Below, piece by piece: positions 8,512 to 17,413 of a stretch of DNA of 64,000 bases; within the stretch, counting starts at the first letter, position 1, and every line of letters begins with the position of its first letter. The DNA comes from an uncultured Chloracidobacterium sp. (lineage in GTDB: Bacteria; Acidobacteriota; Blastocatellia; Pyrinomonadales; Pyrinomonadaceae): the NCBI GenBank assembly GCA_964410495.1, contig CAYPGP010000001.1, positions 61,993 to 125,992 of the forward strand. Direction: 5' to 3'. The notes beneath the pieces are model-generated. The model was not told the origin of the DNA and did no database searches. It was given only the letters and a program-made list of their open reading frames with translations. Made by a program: the position numbers and the translations under genes.

Positions 8512-9114
8512 ATGTACGACTGGAGAACGATGAGCGACAAGGAACGCGCTCGAACCGTTTCGGGGCGTAAGGTGGATAGACAGCCCTGGCACGCACCACC
8601 TAAATTCGATCATGGCGGAAAAACAGAATTTCTGGTCACAGCTGCCTGCTACGAGCATAGGCATATTATCGGATTCTCAAATGAACGGCTACGGGAACTG
8701 GAGAAGGCGTTGATCGAGATCTGCGGTTCGCTTGAGGCGGTTCTCTTTGCGTGGTGTGTATTGCATAACCATTACCACATTTTGATCAAGACAGAGGATA
8801 TTCGCGAATTTCAGATCGAGCTTGGTAAGATCCACGGAAAGACGTCTTATCGATGGAATCGTGAAGAAGGGGCTGAGGGGCGAAAGGTTTGGTATAGAAG
8901 TTTCGAGCGAGCGATCAAAAGTCGGGGACATTTTTTTGCAACGGTGAATTACATTCACAATAATCCCGTGAAGCACGGGTACGTGAAGAGATGGCAGGAC
9001 TGGCCTTTTTCGAGCGCTGCTGAATATTTAGATCTAGTGGGACGCGAGAAAGCACTGGAAGTGTGGGAAAAATATCCGGTTCGCGACTACGGTGCTGAGT
9101 GGGATGTCTTCTAA
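8512..9114 (+). CDS. REP-associated tyrosine transposase (RAYT; IS200/IS605-type HUH Y1 family)
   Basis: HUH motif HNHYHIL and catalytic-Tyr motif VNYIHNNPVKHG; ~200-aa single domain; starts 6 nt after rlmN. Confidence 0.75.
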   Translation: MYDWRTMSDKERARTVSGRKVDRQPWHAPPKFDHGGKTEFLVTAACYEHRHIIGFSNERLRELEKALIEICGSLEAVLFAWCVLHNHYHILIKTEDIREFQIELGKIHGKTSYRWNREEGAEGRKVWYRSFERAIKSRGHFFATVNYIHNNPVKHGYVKRWQDWPFSSAAEYLDLVGREKALEVWEKYPVRDYGAEWDVF

Positions 9115-9151
9115 GCAGATCGATCACGCCTAAAGGCGTAACCCATACATT

Positions 9152-9667
9152 ATGGAGCTTTTGATTCCTGGATTAATACTGGTCGCGTTAATGGTCTACG
9201 CCTCGACGCGGATCAAGAAGACGGCGGCGGCTGCTTTCGATGCGGAGAGTGTTGATAACGAACATTTCTCACTCGAGAAACCTGATGGGTTTTTGACCGT
9301 ATTGAACGGTAACCCGGAGCTTCTTTTCGAGTCTTATTCGAAAGATTTTGGCGATGAGCCAGCGGAGAATGTGAGACAGGCGAGGATAGAGGTCCGCCGG
9401 ATCGCAGCCGCTACACTTGAACAGGCGGCAAAACGGATCGCGGCGGAGACGAAGATCACGTCGAAAACGGCCGAGATGATCAACGAGCGAAAATATTTGC
9501 TCATCGAGGCCAAGCGGGTTGAAAAAGGCGTGGGTTACGTCGATCTTTACAAGCTCGGGGCAAGCGGGCGGGACGTTTTGGAGCTCAAGGTCGCGGCACT
9601 TGAGCAGGTCTCGGAGGACGTTTCGCGGAGAATACAATCGCTGGCTTCGAGTTTTTTGGTGAAATAA
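9152..9667 (+). CDS. membrane-anchored hypothetical protein
   Basis: N-terminal TM helix (MELLIPGLILVALMVYAS) followed by a soluble domain; no motif recognised. Confidence 0.5.
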   Translation: MELLIPGLILVALMVYASTRIKKTAAAAFDAESVDNEHFSLEKPDGFLTVLNGNPELLFESYSKDFGDEPAENVRQARIEVRRIAAATLEQAAKRIAAETKITSKTAEMINERKYLLIEAKRVEKGVGYVDLYKLGASGRDVLELKVAALEQVSEDVSRRIQSLASSFLVK

Positions 9668-9707
9668 TTACAACGGCGGTGCAGATCTTTTACATCAAGA
9701 AGTGAGT

Positions 9708-10175
9708 ATGAAAACGATTCGGAACTTTGTTTTTGCGGTATTGGTAGCGGCAGCGAGCGTTTCGGCGGCGTCGGCCCAGGAAGTGAGCGGAAATCTCGGC
9801 GACGGAACGATCGAACGCGGCAAAAAAACGCGGGCGGTAGTTGTGCTCGATATACCTTCCGAACTCCACGCGAACTCGAACAAGCCGAAGAGCGAATACC
9901 TGATACCGACGACGGTCAAGGTCACGCCCGTTGCGGGACTTAGGATCGGGCCGGTGGTTTATCCGGCCGGGATAGACAAGAAATTTGGATTTTCCGAGAA
10001 CGAACTGAACGTTTACGAAGGCAAGGTCGAATTCGGATTTGATATTACGCCGCTAAAGAATTTTCGAGGCGACAAGGTTTCGGTCGAGGTCGCGGTCAGA
10101 TATCAGGCTTGTAACGACGAGGTTTGTTTTCCGCCGAAAACGAAGCGGGTGACACTTACCGCCGCGATCAAATAA
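9708..10175 (+). CDS. DsbD N-terminal (alpha) domain-like thiol:disulfide interchange protein
   Basis: Signal peptide from ATG 9708; C-terminal YQACNDEVCFPPKT is typical of the DsbD-alpha/DsbC-like domain. Confidence 0.6.
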   Translation: MKTIRNFVFAVLVAAASVSAASAQEVSGNLGDGTIERGKKTRAVVVLDIPSELHANSNKPKSEYLIPTTVKVTPVAGLRIGPVVYPAGIDKKFGFSENELNVYEGKVEFGFDITPLKNFRGDKVSVEVAVRYQACNDEVCFPPKTKRVTLTAAIK

Positions 10176-10193
10176 TCTTTCAAAAAATATCGT

Positions 10194-11075
10194 ATGAAAT
10201 TCGGACAGGTTCCAAATCCTGAAGAGATCGACTTTACCATTCCGCCGGACCACGCCGACACGAAGAAGGTGCTTTCAAAGTCGAAGGCTAAGGAAATGGC
10301 GATCCGCGTCGGGTGCGCGAAGTGGAACAAGACCGATCTTAAAGGCTTTTATCCCAAGGGCGTTAAGGACGAGCTGGCTTACTACGCCACGCAGTTCAAC
10401 TGCATCGAACTTAACGCGACGTTTTACCGCTTATTCAAGGCCGATGTTTATGTGAACTGGTACGAGACCGTGCCCGATGGTTTCACGTTCTTTCCGAAGT
10501 TTACGCAATCGATCTCGCATTTTCGGCGGCTGAAGGATGTCGAGGAACTCGTCGATATTTCGGTTACAAATATGTCGCATTTGAAAGAGAAACTGGGCAT
10601 GCCATTTCTGCAGATGCATAATAATTTCGGGCCGAAGGATGTCGATCGCGTGGTCGCATTCGTTGAGAACTGGAAGCAGTACAAAATGCCGCTGGCGATG
10701 GAGTTTCGCAAGACGGAATGGTGCTGCGATGAAAGCGTTGCGAAAGACCTCTGCGACCTGCTGCGAGAGAACAAGATCACACAGGTGTTAGTCGATACAG
10801 CCGGGCGACGTGACCTGATGCACATGCGGCTGACGACGCCGACGGCTTTCATTCGATGGGTCGGGGCGAACGTTCCCGAGCAAGACCGCATGCGGCTCGA
10901 CGAATGGGTCGAACGGATCGCGGCATGGAAAGACGCGGGTTTGAAGGAACTGAATTTCTTCGTGCATCAGAACATCGAAAAGGAATCGCCGCTGCTGTCA
11001 GCGTACTTTATCGAGAAACTTAATAACAGGATCGGGTCAAACCTGACACCGCCGAAAACACTAAACCAACAATGA
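10194..11075 (+). CDS. DUF72 (UPF0759) family protein
   Basis: YATQFNCIELNATFYRL...W...VPDGFTFFPKF.Q.ISH pattern and ~290 aa length. Confidence 0.6.
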   Translation: MKFGQVPNPEEIDFTIPPDHADTKKVLSKSKAKEMAIRVGCAKWNKTDLKGFYPKGVKDELAYYATQFNCIELNATFYRLFKADVYVNWYETVPDGFTFFPKFTQSISHFRRLKDVEELVDISVTNMSHLKEKLGMPFLQMHNNFGPKDVDRVVAFVENWKQYKMPLAMEFRKTEWCCDESVAKDLCDLLRENKITQVLVDTAGRRDLMHMRLTTPTAFIRWVGANVPEQDRMRLDEWVERIAAWKDAGLKELNFFVHQNIEKESPLLSAYFIEKLNNRIGSNLTPPKTLNQQ

Positions 11076-11560
11076 TCCGACTTGTTCGAACCGATGTAGA
11101 GAACGCCGACCTTCATTCCCTTGTCGCTCTGCTCGATGCGGAGTTGCGTCAGCGTGACGGCGAAGATCATTACTTCTTTGCACAGTTCAATAAGCTGGCG
11201 GGGCTTCTTGGTGTAGTACTCGCTTATGACGGCGAAACTGCCGTCGGCTGCGGCGGATTTAAAAAACACGGCGAAAATGAGGCAGAGATCAAGCGGATGT
11301 TCGTACTGCCCGAGCATCGTGGGAAGCGGATCGCCGCACAGGTTCTCGTCGAACTCGAGGCGTGGGCGATGGAATCCGGATTCGATTCCTGCGTCCTCGA
11401 AACCGGCTTCAAACAGCCCGAGGCGATCGCGCTTTACAAGCGTTCCGGATACTTCGAAATACCAAACTACGGCCAGTATGCCGACGTGGACCTCAGCGTT
11501 TGCATGCGGAAGGAATTAAGGGCGAGCGAGAAAAACGGCACCGCCGAAAGTCAACAGTAA
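11072..11560 (+). CDS. GNAT family N-acetyltransferase
   Basis: VLPEHRGKRIAAQVLVELEAWA acetyl-CoA binding motif (R-x-x-G-x-A); ATGA overlap with the upstream gene. Confidence 0.75.
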   Translation: MIRLVRTDVENADLHSLVALLDAELRQRDGEDHYFFAQFNKLAGLLGVVLAYDGETAVGCGGFKKHGENEAEIKRMFVLPEHRGKRIAAQVLVELEAWAMESGFDSCVLETGFKQPEAIALYKRSGYFEIPNYGQYADVDLSVCMRKELRASEKNGTAESQQ

Positions 11561-12388
11561 GATGACACTCACGAAAGCGTTTGTTGTGAAGAACGCGGCG
11601 TTCATTTTTGAGAGATCGTTTGGTTTGACCAAGGTGTGCTGATAAATGAGGAGGCATCCCACGGCGATCACGCCAGCGAGGGCGAGATAGCCTAGTTCGC
11701 TGACGAGATAGACCAGGATAAGCACGACGAACGATTGCGCATGGAACAGGCGTGCTATCCAAAGTGAGTTCTTTATCCCAAACCTAGCGGGGATCGACCG
11801 AAGGCCGCTTTTGCGGTCGAATTCGTAATCCTGGCAGGCGTAAAGCACGTCGAAACCCGCCGTCCACATCAAGACCATCACTGACAAAAGGATCGGAAGC
11901 TCGCTGTCCAACGCTCCACGGACGGCGATCCACGCCGCCGATGGCGAGATCGCGAGGGCGATGCCGAGAATGAGATGGGCGAATGCGGTGAATCTCTTGG
12001 CGTACGAATAGCCAAGGACGAACAGCAAAGCGACGGGCGAGAGTGCGAACGTGAGCCAGTTCAGCGAGTACGAGGCGAGCAGGAAAATGCCGATGGAGAC
12101 GTACAAGAATACCCAAGCAAAACCGACGGAGAGTTTGCCGCTCGGCAGTTCGCGGTTGGCTGTACGGGGGTTTTTAGCGTCGATGTCGCGATCGACTATG
12201 CGATTGAACGTCATCGCGGCCGAGCGGGCACCGAACATCGCGACCGTTATCCAAAGTATCTGCCACCACGAAGGAAGCCCGTTGGACGCGAGGATCGCCC
12301 CTAGAAAGGCGAAGGGAAGAGCGAAAAGTGTATGCTCGAACTTGATCATTTCGAGCGTGGTTTTTAGCTTATCGGTAAAGGTAGCCAT
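11516..12388 (-). CDS. UbiA-family aromatic polyprenyltransferase (4-hydroxybenzoate polyprenyltransferase-like)
   Basis: NRIVDRDIDAKNPRTANRELPSG (N-x3-D-x3-D) plus about 8 TM helices. Confidence 0.75.
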   Translation of the reverse strand: MATFTDKLKTTLEMIKFEHTLFALPFAFLGAILASNGLPSWWQILWITVAMFGARSAAMTFNRIVDRDIDAKNPRTANRELPSGKLSVGFAWVFLYVSIGIFLLASYSLNWLTFALSPVALLFVLGYSYAKRFTAFAHLILGIALAISPSAAWIAVRGALDSELPILLSVMVLMWTAGFDVLYACQDYEFDRKSGLRSIPARFGIKNSLWIARLFHAQSFVVLILVYLVSELGYLALAGVIAVGCLLIYQHTLVKPNDLSKMNAAFFTTNAFVSVILLLTFGGAVFLARP

Positions 12389-12447
12389 CTACAGATTCGG
12401 CGCGGCAAACTCTTAACTATAAACTATCTGCCAGCGACTGGTTAAAT

Positions 12448-12981
12448 ATGCCCAGCGGACGAACCCACGACGCAATAACCTTAATGCTCGCGGTTCCGGC
12501 ATTCGCCGTGACCTACGCGGTGACAAAAAGTACGGCTCCGGCTGCGACCGTGGCCATTGCGTTCATTTTCGGCGGACTGATGTTCGGGCCTGATCTGGAC
12601 ACGGTCTCACGTCAATATTCACGGTGGTGGGCATTTCGATTTCTATGGCTTCCGTACAGGCATTTCTTTAAGCATCGTTCGCGGTTCTCGCACGGCTTGA
12701 TATTTGGGGCGTTGATCCGCGTCGTTTATTTTCTGGGTATCGTCACGCTGGCCGGGTTCTGCGCGGTTTATCTCACGGCTGCGTATTCGGGAGGCGGTTT
12801 GCCCGGGTTAGAGCAGATAGCGAGCTTCTGGCGGCCTGTGGGCGAAAGCGTTCGGGCGTGGCTCGGGCGGGATTTTCCGATCTTGATATTTGTCGGGCTG
12901 TGGCTCGGGGCGGCGAGCCATACCTTTACTGATATGACCGGTTCGTTCATAAAGACCGGCCGTGTAGCGAAGTTTCTCTAG
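12448..12981 (+). CDS. membrane protein, DUF2227-like putative metal-binding protein
   Basis: MPSGRTHD N-terminus and C-terminal ASHTFTD histidine motif, with TM helices; family name recalled from memory. Confidence 0.45.
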   Translation: MPSGRTHDAITLMLAVPAFAVTYAVTKSTAPAATVAIAFIFGGLMFGPDLDTVSRQYSRWWAFRFLWLPYRHFFKHRSRFSHGLIFGALIRVVYFLGIVTLAGFCAVYLTAAYSGGGLPGLEQIASFWRPVGESVRAWLGRDFPILIFVGLWLGAASHTFTDMTGSFIKTGRVAKFL

Positions 12982-14204
12982 CCTCTGCCGCCGCCGGTGC
13001 GTGCGGTGTGCAGGCGAAGTGCCTGTCGGCGAACGGCATCGGAGACGTTGCGGTTCTTGGAAAGGGCGATCAGGTCGCGGAGCTGCAGGCGATTCATGAT
13101 CGTAATGACGTTCGCGAGCGGCGTTCGCGGGTTGCGAGCGAGGTTGTGCATGATCGGATAGCTGCGGCCCCACTGGCGATTCGAGGCGAGCTGCCTGAGT
13201 ATTTCCTCTGACATCGATCGCATCGCCGCGATGTTCTCGACTTCTTTTTCGGTGATCCTCGGGTTGTTAACGACGGCGGTTGAAACGAGCTTGTTCGGGT
13301 CGCGAATGAGGATGTTACGTGCCTCCCTATCTCCTTTCATTGCAAGCTTTACGCGATCCTTAACGCCCATTCGCATGATGCGGTTGAGCATTGAGATGCG
13401 GTCGGCGGTCGCCTCGTCGTCAGCCTGCAGATCGCCCAGCATTACCTTGAGAGCGGCGAGACGCTGTTCTTCGGTCTCTTCGTAGATCTCCTCGATATAT
13501 TCGAGCGCGAGCCATGAGTCGTCGGTTTCCTGGTCCGGAACCTCGATGTGTTCGGCAAGGAAAAGGGCGTCTTCGAGACTCATTCCCGATTCCGAACCGA
13601 TCGCTTCGGAAAACTCGGCCTGTTCTATAAATTCGGCCGCGGCGTCCTGGCCTTTTGCCCGTAACTCGTTCGCGATCTGCTGAGCGCCGCGTTCTTTCTC
13701 GAAGAATTCTTTCTTTAACTCTAGAACCCGTCGTTCCGCGTCGGGCGTCCGATTTGGATTTGCGACGATGGCGTCTATGATCGCGGGGTTTTGAATCAGT
13801 AGCTGCTGATTAAAAGAGATCAGGTCGATCAGCGGTGCGTTCTGGGTCCGGCGGGCAAAATGGGCGATCGCATCGGGCGGCGTTGCCGCATTGGTGACGA
13901 TCGCTTCCTGAATCGACGGTGAAAGGTCGCTCCGTGTCGAAAAATGAGCGAGAACACGCGGAGCGACCGCGGAACTTCTGATCGTAGATTCAAGCGAGTC
14001 GTGCGACTGTGCAGCGAGCGTTTCGCCGGCCGCCGATCGCAGCTCCTCATCAGGCCCCTCAAAAAAACTTACAAGAATTTCGAGCAGGTCATTCTGCGGA
14101 AGCGGTAGAGCTCCTCGAGCCGCGGCTAACTGGGCCGGCCGTGGAGCCGTGCCCTCGACCACAGCTTTGACCACAGGATTGCTTGAAACTATCTCGCTGC
14201 TCAT
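12978..14204 (-). CDS. hypothetical helical-repeat protein with acidic central linker
   Basis: 408 aa; repeated N-P-(R/N)-T-P-type helical units (NPNRTPDAE, NNPRITEKE, NPRTPLANV) around a D/E-rich segment. Confidence 0.5.
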   Translation of the reverse strand: MSSEIVSSNPVVKAVVEGTAPRPAQLAAARGALPLPQNDLLEILVSFFEGPDEELRSAAGETLAAQSHDSLESTIRSSAVAPRVLAHFSTRSDLSPSIQEAIVTNAATPPDAIAHFARRTQNAPLIDLISFNQQLLIQNPAIIDAIVANPNRTPDAERRVLELKKEFFEKERGAQQIANELRAKGQDAAAEFIEQAEFSEAIGSESGMSLEDALFLAEHIEVPDQETDDSWLALEYIEEIYEETEEQRLAALKVMLGDLQADDEATADRISMLNRIMRMGVKDRVKLAMKGDREARNILIRDPNKLVSTAVVNNPRITEKEVENIAAMRSMSEEILRQLASNRQWGRSYPIMHNLARNPRTPLANVITIMNRLQLRDLIALSKNRNVSDAVRRQALRLHTARTGGGRG

Positions 14205-14393
14205 TTTATTGCGGGAGAATCCGCGTATTAAAAATATTCTAAGCCGAGGGGCACGATTTTCTTGGTGAACCGCGTAATTCTAGCATATATCGCTATTATC
14301 TTGACTAACGCTACCGCATAACATAGCTTAAATATGGACGACAAACTTTCCTGTACCACCTTCATACCGCAGACTGAAACACGACCTAATGCA

Positions 14394-15731
14394 ATGGTAA
14401 AAGACGAATTAAAGAGACTCATCGAATCGAAGAGCGCGCGCATCGGCGTTATCGGCCTCGGCTATGTAGGCCTGCCGTTGATCGTTGAGTTTTGCCTGAA
14501 AGGCTTCGAGGCGATCGGCTTCGAGGTGGACGAAAAGAAAACTACCGCGATCAGTTCCGGCGAATCTTACATCGTGGACGTTCCGGCGGAAGATGTAAAA
14601 AAATGCCTCGCTGACGGAAAACTCACCGCGACGACGGATTTCAGCAAGCTGAATGATTGCGATGTCATCGTGATCTGCGTGCCGACGCCGCTTCGCAAGA
14701 CGAAGGATCCGGACATGTCGTACATCCTGACCGCCGGCGGCGAGATCCAGAAGTATATGCGTCGCGGGCAGCTAATTATACTGGAATCAACGACTTATCC
14801 GGGAACTACGGACGAAGTGCTGCAGCCGATGTTCGAGGAAATGGGCTTCAAACTCGACGAAGATTTCCTGCTTGCTTTCTCGCCCGAACGCGTCGATCCG
14901 GGCAATCCGCAGTTTCAGACGCACAATATCACCAAGGTCGTCGGCGGTGTCGGCGAGGATTCGACGGAGGTTGCCACGCTGCTTTATTCGCAGATCGTCG
15001 GCCAGGTGCATCCGGTTTCCTCCGCCCGCGTGGCCGAGGCCGCGAAGCTTTGGGAAAACACGTTCCGTGCCATCAATATCGGCATGGCGAACGAGATGGC
15101 GAAGGTTTGCAATGCACTCGGCATCGATACGTGGGAAGTTGTTCGGGCCGCGGCGACGAAGCCATTCGGCTTTATGCCGTTCTATCCCGGTCCCGGAATT
15201 GGCGGGCATTGCATCCCGCTCGACCCACATTATCTTTCGTGGAAGGCCCGTCAACACGGCTTCGATTCGAAGTTCATCTCGCTCGCCGAGCAGATAAATT
15301 CAACGATGCCGAACTATGTCGTCGAACTCGTTACCGACGCTTTGAATGCCGAGAAAAAGGCCGTCAACGGCTCAAAGATTCTCATCCTCGGCGTCGCTTA
15401 CAAGAAAGACATCGACGACATGCGCGAATCGCCCGCACTATCGATAATCGACCTTCTGCGTGCCGACGGAGCCGACGTTTACTACCACGACCCGTTCGTA
15501 GCCGAAGTAACCTTCGACCACGCCTACACGATCGGCGACGGCGAACCGCTTTATAATCAAGAGCTTACAGACGAGCTGATTGCCGGATCCGACTGTGTGA
15601 TCATCTGCACCGAACACACCACTGTCGATTACAGCCGTATCTGTTCGCTCGCAAAACTCGTCGTCGATACGCGGAATGCTCTTACGCCTGAACTCCGCGG
15701 CGCATGTAACGCACGGGTCGTGAGGCTCTAA
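14394..15731 (+). CDS. nucleotide-sugar dehydrogenase (UDP-GlcNAc/UDP-ManNAc 6-dehydrogenase family)
   Basis: Rossmann motif IGVIGLGYVGLP and catalytic GGHCIPLDP; the next gene on the same strand is wecB; ATG 14394 preferred over ATG 14334. Confidence 0.8.
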   Translation: MVKDELKRLIESKSARIGVIGLGYVGLPLIVEFCLKGFEAIGFEVDEKKTTAISSGESYIVDVPAEDVKKCLADGKLTATTDFSKLNDCDVIVICVPTPLRKTKDPDMSYILTAGGEIQKYMRRGQLIILESTTYPGTTDEVLQPMFEEMGFKLDEDFLLAFSPERVDPGNPQFQTHNITKVVGGVGEDSTEVATLLYSQIVGQVHPVSSARVAEAAKLWENTFRAINIGMANEMAKVCNALGIDTWEVVRAAATKPFGFMPFYPGPGIGGHCIPLDPHYLSWKARQHGFDSKFISLAEQINSTMPNYVVELVTDALNAEKKAVNGSKILILGVAYKKDIDDMRESPALSIIDLLRADGADVYYHDPFVAEVTFDHAYTIGDGEPLYNQELTDELIAGSDCVIICTEHTTVDYSRICSLAKLVVDTRNALTPELRGACNARVVRL

Positions 15732-15735
15732 GCCG

Positions 15736-15866
15736 GGAACGCAGGAGCCCTCGCCTGCAAGCGTACCGCTTCGGGACGCTGATGAACGCGTGATCTTGCC
15801 TCTGAATAATACTAACGATCATAACGCCGGAGGAACCGGCGTTGCAGGCGAGGGCGCCTGCGTTCC
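15736..15866. repeat. REP/BIME-like palindromic element
   Basis: 25-nt arm GGAACGCAGGAGCCCTCGCCTGCAA (15736-15760) against TTGCAGGCGAGGGCGCCTGCGTTCC (15842-15866), one mismatch. Each arm is a GCAGG..CCTGC hairpin. Confidence 0.7.
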
Positions 15867-15874
15867 AGTCAAAA

Positions 15875-16981
15875 GTGCTTAAAGTTCTACTCATTGCCGG
15901 TGCGCGGCCGAATTTTATGAAGGTGGCGCCGATCTACGCTGAGATGAAGCGGCGTTCGTCTCATTTCACGCCGTTGATCGTGCATACTGGCCAGCATTAT
16001 GATGCGGCGATGTCGGATTCATTTTTCGAGGACCTTCGGATGCCGAAGCCGGATGTGCATCTGGGAGTAGGTTCGGGTTCGCACGCGGTGCAGACGGCGA
16101 AGATCATGACGGAGTTCGAGCCGGTCGTGCTGGAACATAAACCGGACTGGGTCTTGGTCGTGGGCGATGTGAATTCGACGATCGCTTGCGCCCTGGTTTG
16201 CGCAAAGCTCGGCGTAAAAGTTGCGCATGTCGAGGCGGGCCTGCGATCGCGTGACCGTGCGATGCCGGAGGAGATAAATCGCATCCTTACCGATTCGATC
16301 TCCGACCTGCTGCTGACGACATCTGAGGATGCCGACGAGAACCTGGCGGCGGAAGGAATTCCGGCAAATCGGGTGAAATTTGTCGGGAATGTGATGATCG
16401 ATTCGCTGCTCGAGCATCTGAAGATCGCTGAAGGCTCGACGGTTCGCGACGATCTTGGGATCGAGGCAGGGAAGTACGGTGTTGTAACGCTTCATCGCCC
16501 GTCGAATGTGGACGACAGGGATGTTTTTGAAGGGATCGTGGACGCGCTTGTCACCGTTTCAGAAAAGCTTCCGATCATTTTTCCGGTTCACCCGCGAACG
16601 CGTGGAAAGATCGCGGAGTTCGGGTTCGACGCGAAGATCGCGGCCTCGAACATTCGCTTGATCGAGCCGCTCGGATATCTGGATTTCATGCGGTTGTATA
16701 GCGGTGCTCGGTTGGTGTTGACGGATTCCGGCGGATTGCAGGAAGAAACGACTGTGCTGCACATTCCTTGCCTCACGCTGCGTCACAACACGGAACGGCC
16801 GGTGACGATCGAAATGGGGACGAATGTTCTCGTCGGTACGGACCCGGAAAAGATCAAGGTTGCCGCTGAAAATGCATTAGAGACTACACTCGACCGAACA
16901 GAAGCAAAGATCCCGCCGCTCTGGGATGGAAAAGCGGCGGGACGAATTTGTGACGAGTTGCTGAGATATTCCGTCGCGTGA
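15875..16981 (+). CDS. wecB: UDP-N-acetylglucosamine 2-epimerase (non-hydrolysing)
   Basis: LLIAGARPNFMKVAP, HVEAGLRS and TDSGGLQEE motifs. GTG 15875 preferred because the track's TTG 15842 lies inside the palindromic repeat. Confidence 0.8.
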   Translation: MLKVLLIAGARPNFMKVAPIYAEMKRRSSHFTPLIVHTGQHYDAAMSDSFFEDLRMPKPDVHLGVGSGSHAVQTAKIMTEFEPVVLEHKPDWVLVVGDVNSTIACALVCAKLGVKVAHVEAGLRSRDRAMPEEINRILTDSISDLLLTTSEDADENLAAEGIPANRVKFVGNVMIDSLLEHLKIAEGSTVRDDLGIEAGKYGVVTLHRPSNVDDRDVFEGIVDALVTVSEKLPIIFPVHPRTRGKIAEFGFDAKIAASNIRLIEPLGYLDFMRLYSGARLVLTDSGGLQEETTVLHIPCLTLRHNTERPVTIEMGTNVLVGTDPEKIKVAAENALETTLDRTEAKIPPLWDGKAAGRICDELLRYSVA

Positions 16982-16984
16982 TCG

Positions 16985-17398
16985 CTATTTGCCGGCCTCG
17001 ACCGGAAAACCGGCCGCTTTCCAGCCCTGGATGCCGCCTTTGAGGGCGAATACGTTAGCGATGCCTTTTTGATTCATCTGGAATGCCAAACTGGCACTCG
17101 AATTCTCCGACGGTCAGGCACAATAGACGATTATCTTCTTCCCCTTGGGGAGCGAGTCGAAGCGGTTTTCCGCTGATCCCTCTACTAAAACTGCCCCTTT
17201 GATGCGCTCTTGCCTAAAGGCTTCCGCCGACCGCGAATCGACAAAGACCGCGCTTCCGTCATCAAAGCTCTTTTTGGCTTCCTCGACCGTTACACGCGGC
17301 ACTTCGGAAGCGTTAGCGAATTTCTTTAGGTCGTCGTTATGGGCCAGGGCGCCGATCGCCGTAAAGGCCAAAACGTATAGGCAAAGTATAAATTTCAT
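16985..17398 (-). CDS. exported single-domain rhodanese, predicted selenoprotein (TGA 17114-17116 read as Sec)
   Basis: Track ORF ends ...KGKKIIVYCA at TGA. The same frame continues PSENSSASLAFQMNQKGIANVFALKGGIQGWKAAGFPVEAGK to TAG 16985-16987, completing the rhodanese fold. Signal peptide MKFILCLYVLAFTAIGALA. Confidence 0.7.
17081..17099 (-). promoter_or_regulatory. SECIS-like hairpin 14 nt downstream of UGA
   Basis: RNA GAGUGCC-AGUUU-GGCAUUC: 7-bp stem with one G-U pair and G-U in the apical loop. Confidence 0.55.
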
Positions 17399-17413
17399 AC
17401 TATCTCCTTTTTG

